From Amphiscolops sp. MND2022 (taxonomy: Eukaryota): a stretch of 64,000 nt of DNA. The notes beneath the pieces are model-generated. The model had not been told where the DNA came from. It saw only the letters and a list, made by a program, of their open reading frames with translations, and made no database searches. Below are positions 36,101 through 48,051 of this stretch, piece by piece (the stretch's first letter is position 1; every line of letters starts with the position of its first letter). Both the position numbers and the translations under genes were made by a program. The stretch covers positions 63,738,001 through 63,802,000 of the forward strand of contig OZ076409.1 in assembly GCA_964187785.1 (NCBI GenBank), written 5' to 3'.

Positions 36101-37150
36101 AAACTCATCTTCCGAACTGAGGGCTCCGCTGGTGTACCCCTCAGTCCCAACGTCACTGTCTTCAGCACCTGATCCAAGGCTGCCGCTCTGCTTACTGAAG
36201 ATCTTGATTCGCTGTTTCCCGGATCCTTGAGGAGTACCTTGGGAGCGAATTCCCGCCCGGATCGCTTCTTCCAGCATGTTCTTCATTTGGTGTAGAGAAG
36301 AAGTAATGGTTTCCGTGGAGACGGCACGCAAGATGGAATGGACTTGCCCCTGATTGAAGGCTACGGTCGCATGGCCTACCGGGAGGATGCACGGGTTGGT
36401 CTCATTGAAATGCTGATTTATGAGCGTCCGAGCAGAGGCAGAAAGAGGCCTGGTAGGACTGAAGAGCTTCGGGGAAGATGTGCTTGGTAACTCAGCCGAG
36501 GTTGATGGCTGAACATTCTCATGGGTCTCAGTCCCAGTGGAGCTTAGCGCATCCAGTGCAATCAAGAAAGGAGGCTCCTTGACGGTCTCAGCACCTGAAC
36601 TATCAAGCAATTCTTCAGCGTCGCTGGTATCTGTTTGGAAGTAATCCGCCTTGGTGACGGAAAATCCAGCTTCACTGACAGCATCATTGCCCCGCTCAAT
36701 CTCAGCCTCAGGAGACTCCTTGTCTTGTGAACCAGTCGTGACCTGGGGAATTGGCTCCGACTCAGAAGCTTTCTCAGCGGTTGGCTTTACTACATTGTCT
36801 ACAATGGCAGATGTGGTAGGAGGCAAGAAGGAGATGTCAAGACCAAGGCCCTGGCAACCCAAAGTCTGCAATTGACGGTCAATGTAAGCGGAAATGCTTT
36901 CGACCGTAGAAGGGCTTGGGGTCGGAGCAGGCTTATCAGGATTATCTCCTGACGGCACTAGTTGTGTGGACTCAGGGTCTACAGGGATCGAAGTGGCCTG
37001 ACTGGTACCAGCTTCTTCGGGAATGGCAACTTCTTCTTCAGTCATGGATGCAGTAGCGGTGGCAGGAACAATATCATTTTGCTCTTCGGACGACATGTCT
37101 AAACAGAAAGAGATAAACTCAAGCGGATAACTTCCTGAGAAAGAGTCCAT
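33163..37150 (-). CDS. Antisense 4-exon cargo gene, 1227 aa: disordered N-terminus, NLS, BED-type zinc finger, degenerate hAT-transposase-like body. Exons 37150-35321, 35235-34750, 34681-34465, 34313-33163
   Basis: Introns 35320-35236 (GTAAGT..TTTTAG, 85 nt), 34749-34682 (GTAAGG..TTGTAG, 68 nt) and 34464-34314 (GTTAGT..TTCCAG, 151 nt), in phases 0, 0, 1, join four minus ORFs without a stop; PPRKRRR; FYCQICKTNVSIFSKGAREIVRHFQCESH. Confidence 0.88.
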
Positions 37151-38377
37151 TACCGCATTAAAAATCTTCCGGAAGTAGATATTTCGAACTCAAGTGAACA
37201 CTTGTGTTATGGGACAGGAAGTACGTGAATGAAATGAGAGCCCTGATCAAGCCTCAGATTAATTCAATACTAAAATAGAAACAAAACCTGAAAAGCTACT
37301 GACCTGTTTGAATGCAAAGAAGGATGTCTTGAGAAGGGAGTACTGTGTACAGTTAGACTGGTGGTCACTGAATTGAAAGCTGAGCGATCAATAGAGGAGG
37401 ATGACGAAGCTGGACTGGTGACAATACAGCAGCAGTTGTAGGGAGAAGACAAATTCTTCTTTGATGAAGGACAAGAAAGATTGCTGGAGATGAATTAGCA
37501 AAAGGGACTCAGTGTCGATTGTCCTAAGATGACCCAAGAAATCCACAAAAAGACGTAATCGGAAGAAATTACAAATGACTACTTCAAATGAATACGGAGT
37601 AAATACGACTAGAAGACTAAAAGACTAGAGATGATTGAATACTGGCGATAATACAAAGGGAGTAACTGGAGAAGAATTCGAATGTAAAAGAATTGAAAGC
37701 TGAATTGGCAATGTGACAAAGTGTCAAAATTGGAGTTCGTGGCTATACAGTTTGGTGTCAAATTTGTTATTATTTACAATTTACAGTGTTATGTGGATAG
37801 AGTCTGCCAGCGATATCTACAATTACTTATTTATTTCGAAAATGTACCATTTTACAAATTATTTCATAATTTTCCAAGATTTCATAAATTTCAAGGTCAT
37901 TTTACATTAGTCCTTATATGGATTTACGACCTTGGGGGGCCATTTTTATTCAGAAAAGATCGTGCTGCATTCCTATTGGCTAATCAAGATTGCTGGGGGA
38001 CGGCGTGGCTGACTGCCATAGCTTACCCTCTTGAAACCTTTAAGTGTTCGATGAGTGTTAATAAACACTTGAAGCGGCACTCTTAATATGGAGGTGTTGA
38101 CAGAACTGATGTAAGCCAACAAGGCAGTTGTCGGCGTTATCAAAGAAGGCAAGACGGATAGATGAAAGATATTACCAAGATGGAATTTGTTATTGAAAAT
38201 TTATCCTTCTCGGGAGACGTAAAACCCCGGGAAACCGAGACGAAAACTCCCGCTAGTCGACGGAAGGGAAGACCGCCATTGTTCTACAATCATTCACTAC
38301 AACCAGTTGGCTATTTGAAATAAAACTCAAAAAACTTCTCAAAAGAAATCTCTCCGAAAATTGCAAAGAAAATAATT

Positions 38378-39214
38378 ATGGACAAATTCCTATCAAGTCA
38401 TTTCGACTCAGAGTCCCCCGAGTACTTCCCTGAAGACTTTCTGGGTGCAGCCCCGGGAGACGGAATAATTTGTATATCCAGTGATGACGAAATGGAACGT
38501 GTGAGCAGCGCTTCAGTAGACGACCTGGAATCTCTATCCGACGATGATGAAGTGGCTTTACTGGCGGAATGTGTAGAAAGACAAATGGAACTCCCAATAG
38601 CTTCAGGAAACATTCCGGTGCCCTCCTGTTCAAACCAACAGGGAGGAGATCACTACGGGACCCCCAGGCTCTCATACATCCCTGGACCAATGTTCGATGC
38701 TGGATACTTTGATCTAGGAATGGGGAGAGGGCCAGTCGCAAGAGACACAAGGCTCAAAAACGATCATCCGATTAATATTTGCAGCCAATTAATTCCAATG
38801 GTGGACACGCCAATGTCCCCCCCTGCTGTAGATAAATACCCTACAGACGACTGGAGAGCAATGGTAGAGCCCTCTACTAGTAACAAGCAACAATGCCCAA
38901 GTGGAATACACTTTAAAGGCCCTAGCGACGACAATCCCTACATCACGGGCTGCACAGACTGCCTCATCTGCGGAAAATCTGTGGAACAGATTCAAGATGA
39001 AGCAGTGATTGACTACATGCACAAGACGGCTGTCCGAGGGGAGTCCCCAGAACAATTCAATGCCAGAAGTCTAGCGTTCTTAGAAGGAATGAAGGTGGGC
39101 TGCTTCATGCTAATCCCAGGGGGAGTGTCCCAGGCGTCCGCCTGTGATGGCAACTTGTATTCTATTTGCCACAACTATCAAAAAGCCCTACCCAACACGA
39201 TCCATTTGAATTGA
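38378..39214 (+). CDS. Sense accessory ORF (278 aa, acidic N-terminus, Cys cluster), unknown function; ends inside the 3' LTR
   Basis: Intact ATG-initiated ORF; IICISSDDE; CTDCLICGK; runs across the PPT and 89 nt into the LTR; no signal peptide or TM segment obvious. Confidence 0.75.
   Translation: MDKFLSSHFDSESPEYFPEDFLGAAPGDGIICISSDDEMERVSSASVDDLESLSDDDEVALLAECVERQMELPIASGNIPVPSCSNQQGGDHYGTPRLSYIPGPMFDAGYFDLGMGRGPVARDTRLKNDHPINICSQLIPMVDTPMSPPAVDKYPTDDWRAMVEPSTSNKQQCPSGIHFKGPSDDNPYITGCTDCLICGKSVEQIQDEAVIDYMHKTAVRGESPEQFNARSLAFLEGMKVGCFMLIPGGVSQASACDGNLYSICHNYQKALPNTIHLN
39118..39125 (+). promoter_or_regulatory. Polypurine tract
   Basis: AGGGGGAG directly before the 3' LTR TG. Confidence 0.7.
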
Positions 39215-40634
39215 AACTTTTTAAATGAACTGCATTTGTATCTTAAAAGTCATGTAATTTATTTATTCTGAATATAAAATATCATGTAGTGATGATTTGA
39301 TATTATGTAATACCGGCGCTAATTTGTACGTTACTAGTAAATTGGACACCAAGGCGTACAGGTAGAGGAAACGCGTTCAAATGTTTTCTCGCCTGTCGCC
39401 TTGGTCCACCGGTCCAATTAACTCGCTAGCCAATCACAGTGCAGTACTTTCTTTATTCGGTGCTGTATTATGCTGCTAGATTAAAGGGACTGAGTGGCCA
39501 TATGCCGCCAGTCAATAATATCTCGGTCCACTCATGTCGATTGGACGCTGAGTCCGTTTTGGAATTAAAGGCGCTTACTGGAAAGTGCTATGAGTTACAT
39601 AATAACCGGTGCTTTACTGTCTTATTTAGTAAATTATTAGTCCTTAGAGGACATGTAATCTGCGTTAATTAGTACGCCATCAATGCATTTGATATAATTC
39701 ATGCAATTAGAAAGTGTTGAAATACATGCAGTTTATTGAGTTCATACATGTATGTCGTTGCTTGTCCGCATGGACCTTCAGTCTTCCCGCCACAATAACT
39801 GTCGGGAAAGGCCCTTTGATCTATGATGATGTCACTAGTTAACCGTTGCTATATTTAGAACTGTTGCTATTTTTAGAAGCCCTTAAGGCTATTATTAGAA
39901 AATGATGATCAATATTATGCGTGTCATGTAGTTTGTTATATATATATATAGCGGAGACATTTAGTCCCGGGGGACAAGAAGTTTGACCTTACTACATGCT
40001 TGTTACTTGATACTGAGTAATCTCACACTGAATTTGCAAGCCTGAGAACTTAATTTAAATTCTTACCTCTTGCAACAATCTCTTATGCCTTCTACTAGAC
40101 GTCAAAAAGCGAAAGCTAGGAAATCTAGGGAAATGGACATGATGTCCGACTTTGAAAACTTAGATGTGATGCTGGGAAATAGCAATAATAATCCCATAGA
40201 AAGGGAATTAGCTGAAGCTATAGATCAGTCATCGGCCCATGGGGACGCTGATACACACACGTACCTAGAGAATGAATATAGAGATTATCAACATGAAAAT
40301 GATGTACTGAGACAAAATGAAATCAGACACTCCTTTGAAACCTTCTCGAACGAGTTTAATCTCAGATTATCTCAAGAAATGGATTCTATGATGTCAATGA
40401 TGCATAATCAAATAAATAGAGCTGTCACAACGGCTATAAATGAAAGAGTCATTCCAGAAATCCAGAATATTGCAAACTCGATGTCCTCTATGGGACACAG
40501 GGACACTGAGGCCAGTTCGTCCCCAAATAGTCAGGAGAACAGGGAAAGCGCACCCGGGCCTAAAATAAAAATTGCAAAGAAAGATTCACGATCTGTGGGT
40601 GACTTAAGAGATACCATGGGTCATGGTTCTTACA
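39126..40634 (+). repeat. 3' LTR (1509 bp)
   Basis: Direct repeat of 25131-26637, followed by the TSD GAAAT. Confidence 0.97.
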
Positions 40635-40814
40635 GAAATCCTATTTTCTTCTCCATTGTTTTCAACGAAAACTTGAAAGTATAGCCTAAAATGTTCAGAG
40701 TCATGTTTCTATGTGCATTTTTTAGCCAGTCTCAATTAGCCAGTCTACTTTCTCCTTGCAATTAAAACCTTTTCGAACCTTGAAAAAAGTTGAAACGTTT
40801 TTCCGATGTTGCAG

Positions 40815-40988
40815 CGTTGCTGCAGATGCACGAGGAGATCTGTGGAGTGTTCAAGGAGGGCACCAATGAGTTGAATGAGTTGGAGAAGCTCTGGGGGGAC
40901 TGTGTGAGATTTGAACTGGGAAACTATCTCAACCAGGCACACGCCCAGTTCGGGGGACGCATGATGGCTCCACAGACCGAAAAATTGG
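40815..40988 (+). CDS. HPS1: HPS1-like exon
   Basis: ttgcag/ ... /gtaaac; ALLQMHEEICGVFKEG...; phase 1-1, compatible with 19642 upstream and 53107 downstream. Confidence 0.65.
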
Positions 40989-42162
40989 GTAAACGTGCCA
41001 AACATTAATTTAGTAACCGTTTTTGCACTGAAAAAACTGGCCTCGAGCATTAGAATTGATGTGTAGAAGCGAATCTATTAGGGTCCAATGTGTTTCAAAA
41101 TTATTCATTATCGAATAGTCCCTTGAGAGGGGTTGACCCACTTCCCTAACTCGCCCTTGGGTTTTTCGGCACTGTGCAACTTTTCTTCTGGAAACCTTTT
41201 TCATTGCACTTTGGGGTCTAGCTTTTGTACTTCTTCTACTCGAAGCCAACTAGAAGCCAATGTACATTTACTCGAAGCTAACCACAAAACCTCGAATAAG
41301 TTGAAATCATTTTGTTTCTGGATAAATAGACCGGAAGAAAAAAAACCTTTGAGTCGTCTGATTTTGGGGCGATGGGATTCCTAAAACGTTTGCTAACTTT
41401 GTTCTCATGGTACGCCCAAAAACCATTTCCTAAAAGACTTTTCGAACGTAGGATGAGTAATATTTTGATACAATTGTTCAACAAACTTCATTTTACCGCA
41501 CGAAGGATAACAACTTCCGTATGTGTCCCTCCAATTTTGGTATTATTTATAAAGCGTCCTTACAAAGCGACCATTGCTGTGAGGACAATATCAAAGACTG
41601 TATATCAAAGTAAATTTTATATTATTGAAAAAACAATTGATTTCATCAACAGTCAAAGCAGAATCACCATCACATCGAGTTAGTTCAGGTACAACGAAAA
41701 TGAGAGAAATATCATTCCGAAGACATTACAACTTGTTTCACTTGAAGATTATACAGAACACGCCCTTCAAGCCATCTTGAATACAACTATCAGCAGTTAC
41801 TGTTTAAACTTTTTAGGTGCCTCGTTATAATAACCACTGACATCAATATCGATTGTCTTGAAGATTCTATCAGCTGTTTCACTTTTTTTCAAGATCGACA
41901 TATCGCACAACTTAAGCATTATATCCCACCGATCGAGGCCATGGTACGCTTGGCAAGAACCATGGTAAGTTGCTAGCTAGCCTTGCCAAGATCTTCCAAG
42001 ATCTTGCCAAGGATACCATGATCTGCAAGATCGTGCCAAGCGTACCGTGTTTTACAATGATCTTGGTAAGGATGCCAAGCTTAACCATGTTCTTGACAAG
42101 CGTTCCATGGTAGCAATTGCGTTTTTAAAACAATTCTGCACTAAATCCTCAACTCTTTACGC

Positions 42163-43240
42163 AGATTCTTCATTCAGATCAAATTTTCCACTCGGTTCAA
42201 TGATAGCAGGGGCTGTTGTTTGGGAACTCTGCACTCAAGCTTAAGCTGAGTATGTAGAATTCTCTCAGATCAAAAACGTTTCAGCACACTGTCAATTAGA
42301 AGAGAAACACCTGTCATTTTTGAATATTTCAAGACTAAAATATCATCAAAAATCAAGTACTTAAAAAACGAAATCTAACATCAATAATTTTCAACTAGAA
42401 TGAAAACCACACACAAAAACATTACTCTGCATTCAACTTTGAGGTATTTATCTAGAAAAGTCACTCAGAACAAAATCCATTCGTTGTTGAACAGTAAATT
42501 AGGAGAGGAACTAATGACATTTCTTAAACATTCATTTCTTAACGAAAGTTTTGATATTGCTCAAACATAAAACAAACTCTTGGAATTACATAATTGAAAA
42601 ATTTGCAATAAAAATTCAACTAATCATCCAGATTCTTCACTCAGATCAATAATTTCAATCAGTTCAATGAAAGCAAGGGCTGTTTTTGGGAACTCTGCAC
42701 TCAAGCTTCAGCTCTGTATCTAGAGGTCCCTGAGATCAAAAACGTTTCAGTACATTGTCACATGGAAGAGAAACCACTCCCATTTACACATTCACAATTA
42801 TTGTGAGGCTAAAATATCTAAAATCAAAAACAAAATTCAGTAAACACAAAAGAACAATAGTCTGCATTCAACTTTGAGGTACATTAGAAATCGTGTGGTT
42901 GCAAAAAGAACAATTTTCTGCATTCAACTTTGAGGTACATTTTGAATCGTCTAATTGCTAATTGCAATTGTTTTAATTGCAGTTACGTCTAATTGCAAGA
43001 AATTTTTGGACGAACCATATCTTTTACATGTTTTAAAATTCTTCTCATTGTACTTTCGTCTAATTGCAATGAATTCGAGTGGAACGAAAGCGACTCACAA
43101 TTAGACGACTTCTACTGTATTTTTCTAGAAAGGTAACTCAGATTAAAAACTTTTCGCTGAACTGTAAATTAGGAGAAAAACTAATGATTTTTCTCAAACA
43201 TTCTTTTCTCAAACAGGATTTTGATGTTTCTCAAACAGAA
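42163..43240. repeat. Diverged tandem duplication (~465 bp unit); second unit interrupted by a TA-flanked MITE (~42881-43117)
   Basis: cagattcttcattcagatcaa at 42162 and cagattcttcactcagatcaa at 42629; MITE ends TACATTAGAAATCGT / ACGACTTCTACTGTA. Confidence 0.6.
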
Positions 43241-43699
43241 TACAAAATCCAAAGTTAAAAAAAGCCGTCCAAATCGAAGTTTTAATAGGAAAGCACCACA
43301 GATGTCTATACAGACTCTCAAGCTAAAAATTATCACGAAACAACTATAAATCATCAAAACATTAGAATTATCTGAAACGTCACCGTGAAATCATGCTAAA
43401 ATTCTATTATTGTGTTTTCTCTCATTTCGTCAAGACGCGGCGGCCATAAAGATTGGCTGAATCAAAATTTAAGTAACTGTTGAATTTCGTGCGATATTCT
43501 CGTATACTGGCGAAACTCAGACAGAAAAATGAGCTTCCGCTCTCATTATTTCAACTTCTCAAAAAATTGCCGAAAATCGACGTTGGATTTTAGTTGAAGC
43601 ACATTCGAAAACATCACAACTTCGAAAGTAGTAGTTTTATAATCGTATCGGAAAACGTTACACCACTGGGGAAGCTATAAAGAGCTTACTGGGGAAGCC

Positions 43700-46600
43700 A
43701 ATGATTGAAGTTGCCACACTTTTCAGATGTGAAGATCAAACAAAACATACCATAAGTTGCAGCTTCTCGCAACATACAGTGCAACTGTTCTAGACGTGAT
43801 TTTGGTTATATCAAAAATCTAGTGTATTAACACTGAACAAGACTATAAATCAAAACGAAAAGCTGTTTCTGAAAGAGCTTCAGCGATTGACTTGCTGTCT
43901 TGGTAACTTCATGAATGGTTGAAGTTTACTGCGCGGAAAAAAAGGCCCATGAATAACAGGATGACTTCCATAAACAACACATGTTTCATTTCAGTCATGT
44001 TCAAAATTGACTACGAGACAGCTACTGATCCAATTTTTTTCAGCTTTGAAAACGTTGCAAGGGAACAAAGTCTTGTCCCACAGGATGAAATTTTCTTAGA
44101 GCCACTGGGCTGATGAGGCAGTAGGACGAACCGAGATATGGATGAGCCGCTCTGAAAGCAGCAGAGATTTCTAAATCTCTCGAAGAATCAGCTGGTAATG
44201 TGCACTTTCGAACGCCACAGCTGAGATGCTGCTCAGGTATCCTCGTTTAAACACCTATAAGATACATTGAATGCGTGGATATCAAGTTAAAGGTGAAAAT
44301 GAAACAATCTTCTAAATTCTCACCTAAACGTTAACCAGAATGAAATTTCTAGGGGTACTTGTTTTGTCAGTTACTGAATTGAAGTCAACACAACATTGCA
44401 TGTTATTGCCTGGGTTAAGTCCTATGTAGAAGACGGACAACTGACAAACGTTCCTGATCAGGTATGTCCAGCATAGAATGAACATAGAAGACCTGATAGG
44501 ATTCCTCCAGTATTTCAGGAGTCTTTTTACCATGAATAGAAAACTATATCTGCTTTGGTCTCGTGGCTTCCCTATCTGCCCTCTGGACCTGAATAGAAAC
44601 TCCTACACACAGAAGCATGAAAAACTTCAAGAGTTTTGGTTGAAGTCTCCCATTGAAGCATGGCGAGGCATAAAAAAGCAGCAAGTTTGAGTGCGGCAGC
44701 TTTCCGGTTTGACAGAATTCAACGAACGCAACCGTCTATTGAATACTGGGGGAAAACACATGTTTCGGAAGTCCGAACTAATGGCACTTATTTCTATCGT
44801 GCTGAGTTTTTATAGCAGATATCAACAATGAATGTTCTTGTTACTCCAAGTAGCACTTGATGCATATAATCAATGACGACATCCTCGGGTACAGAGAGGA
44901 AGTTATCTATAATAGAAGCACCTCTCCAACCTAACACATGTCTATTTGTCTATTTGTGGCTTTGATGTCCAGGAGAGCCTGCCGACGCATTTGTCTAGTT
45001 CTCATTTTGAGTTGCATGTCGAAGGGATGAATCAACGCGAAGCGACCGTTGAATTGTGTCTAGTTGAGAATAGAACATTAGCTACCATAATCAATAACAG
45101 CAACGTGGAACTCCACTTTCATCTGGAGCAAAAAACGATTCAGCACAATCCTGTTCCAAGTAGTTCCCCGCACTCAGGCGTACTCGGAAATGGATTCAAA
45201 GTTTACCGACGACTTCACCAACCACGTTTTCTCTAAAAACCTGTCTGTAGATATCGAAATAATTGAGGTTACAAAGTGCATGGTTCCGTTAACTGAAAAT
45301 GATAGGTCTTCCAACTCTCCGAGATCTCGTTTGACGCTTTCGAATAGCTCTTGCCAGTTTGGTGTGCCTCTACCACCAAACAAGGCAGCCAGTATCAAGT
45401 TGGAAAATCGCGACCTGCTTGGAACTATACCGGGTAAATGTCAAGTTTGACTGATTTCAACGGACATAGACCATCACTAATGCACAAAAGGTAAATAGTT
45501 TTCACTTTGTTCGAGTGCCGAGGGAGCTTCATATCAGTCTGTAATTGCCATGACTCAGTTCGGGCAAGTTTTGCGCCATGTCTGAGGAGTAGATGTTTGA
45601 GCTGCTCTCATATTTAAATTAAAAAAACTCCGTTTGCAGTTGATGTTTTTCCTGAAACCTTGGAAGGTTGTTTCTGGGAGGCGAACAATTTAATATTGCA
45701 TGGTATGTTATAAATGCGCAATAAACAAAACCGTTTTAGGTTCAATGTGAGCTTCTGAGCCCATTCAGATAATCCACACTCAGACACCAGCCCTGTGAAT
45801 TGATCTTCAAACATAGAGACGCTGATGTTAGATCCCTCAAAAAGTTCGACGTCACTTTCGTCATCGGAACTCTCCATAAATGTGGATGAATCTGTTGGTG
45901 AGGAATATGACTTCTCGCCAAATTTACACTCGCCGCAATCTTCGTTATCTGGCAAAAAATTCAATATAATTCATAGGGTCTAATCATTATAACGCTGCTT
46001 GAAAAAACGATGCAAAATCGTTTTTGTAACTAATTGTGTTTGCAGAGTGACAAAACAATTTTGGGCTATTAATTTAAAGTCGAACTAACTGAAATGGAAT
46101 GAAACCAAAACAGTTCGCAGCTTCGGTGAAACAATGACACCAAAAAGATGGAAAAACAACTTGGTCAATTTGACACCTATATCAGCTGCGTGTAGCGGTG
46201 TGTGGAAGATTTAATGTCTTAGAAGACGGACAACTGACAAACGTTCGTGATCAGGTATGTCCAGCATAGAATGAACATAGAAGACTTGATAGGATTCTTC
46301 CAGTATTTCAGGAGTCTTTTTACCATGAATAGAAAACTATATCTGCTCTGGTCTCGTGGCTTCCCCATCTGCCCTCTGGACCTGAATAGAAACTCCTACA
46401 CACAGAAGCATGAAAAACTTCAAGAGTTTTGGTTGAAGTCTCCCATTGAAGCATGGCGAGGCATAAAAAAGCAGCAAGTTTGAGTGCGGCAGCTTTCCGG
46501 TTTGACAGAATTCAACGAACGCAACCGTCTATTGAATACTGGGGGAAAACACATGTTTCGGAAGTCCGAACTAATGGCACTTGTTTCTATCGTGCTGAGT

Positions 46601-47805
46601 TTTTATAGCAGATATCAATATTGAATGTTCTTGTTACTCCAAGTAGCACTTGATGCATATAATCAATGACGACATCCTCGGATACAGACAGGAAGTCATA
46701 AGAACAGAAGCACCTCTCCAACCTGACACAGGTCCATTTGTCTATTTGTGGCATGTGTGTCCAGGAGAGCCTGCCGATGCATTTCGCTAGTTCTCATTTT
46801 GAGTTGCATGTCGTAAGGATGAATCAACGTTTGTTTCTCCAATTTGATGATCAATCATCGTAGAATCAGGGCAGCCGAAGCGACCGTTGAATTGTGTCTG
46901 GTTGAGGATAAAACATTAGCCACCATTTTCAAAAACAGCAACGTGGAATTCCATTTTAATCTGGAGCAAAAAACGATTCAGCACAATCCTGTTCCAAGTA
47001 TTTCCCCGGACTCGGGCATACTCAGAATTGAATTCAACGTTTACCGACGTCTTCACCAACCACGTTTTCCCAAAATATCTGTCTGTCGAGATCGACATAC
47101 TTGAGGCTACGAAGTGCATGGTTCCAATAACTGAAAATGATAGGTCTTCCAACTCTCCGAGATCTCGTTTGACGCTTTCGAATAGCTCTTGCCAGTTTGG
47201 TGTGCCTCTACCACCAAACAAGGCAGCCAGTATCAAGTTGGAAAATCGCGACCTGCTTGGAACTATACCGGGTAAATGTCAAGTTTGACTGATTTCAACG
47301 GACATAGACCATCACTAATGCACAAAAGGTAAATAGTTTTCACTTCGTTCGAGTGCCGAGGGCGCTTCACATCAGTCTGTAATTGCCTTGACTCAGTTCG
47401 GGCATGTTTTGCGCCATGTCTAAGGAGTAGATGTTTGAGCTGCTTTGTCATATTTGAACCAAAAACAACTCCGCTTCCAGTCGACGTTCTTCTTGAAACC
47501 TGGAAAGGTTCATTCTGGGAGGCAAGGAATTTATTATTGCATGGTATGTTGTGGATGCGCGGCAAACAAAACCGTATTAGGATCAATACGAGCATCTGAG
47601 CCCGGTCAAACAATCCACACTCAGAAACCAGCCATGTGAATTGATCTGCAAACATTGAGACACTGATGTTAGATCCCTCAAAAAGTTCAACGTCACTTTC
47701 GTCATCGCAACTCTCCATAAATGTGGATGAATTTGTTAGTGAGGAACATGACCGCTCGCCAAAAGTAATTTCGCCGCAATCTTCGTAATCTGGCAAAAAA
47801 TTCAT
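43700..47805 (-). pseudogene. Decayed CMC/EnSpm (CACTA)-type transposase, partly duplicated in tandem
   Basis: Minus-strand motifs ISDGLCPLKS..IYP, MILAALFGGRGTP, VVIDYMHQVLLGV and FNRRLRSL; many stops and frameshifts; boundaries approximate. Confidence 0.65.
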
Positions 47806-48051
47806 TGATTCATATAGTCAAATGATTTTAACGCTTCTTGAAAAAACTACGTACAATCTCTTTTGTAATAAATTGTGTCTGCAGATTGACAAAACAGTTT
47901 TTTTGAGCTTTTAATCTAAAATTGAACTCAGTAAATGTAAATAAAACAGTTGGCGGCTTCGTTAAAACAATGACACCAAAAAATGGAAAAACTTGACACC
48001 TTGACACTTCTATGTCAGCTGCGTGAAGTGGTGTGGAAGTTTTAATGTCTT
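44428..48051. repeat. Tandem direct duplication of ~1.8 kb (44428-46220 and 46221-48051)
   Basis: Both units start AGAAGACGGACAACTGACAAACGTTC and end GTGTGGAAG(A/T)TTTAATGTCTT; paired ORFs in the track. Confidence 0.9.

Larger units (their letters stand above)
25131..40634 (+). mobile_element. Full-length Ty3/Gypsy LTR retrotransposon (15,504 bp) with antisense spliced cargo gene and sense accessory ORF
   Basis: Two near-identical LTRs TG...CA; 5-bp TSD GAAAT (25126-25130, 40635-40639); PBS; PPT; gag plus pol in the order PR-RT-RH-IN. Confidence 0.97.

Noticed and set aside
33000..37400. Antisense gene as an independently nested hAT transposon
   Set aside because: No TIRs or 8-bp TSD found by eye and catalytic residues appear lost while the ORF is intact; not fully excluded without sister copies
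38378..39214. env gene interpretation
   Set aside because: Short, acidic, with no signal peptide, furin site or transmembrane anchor visible
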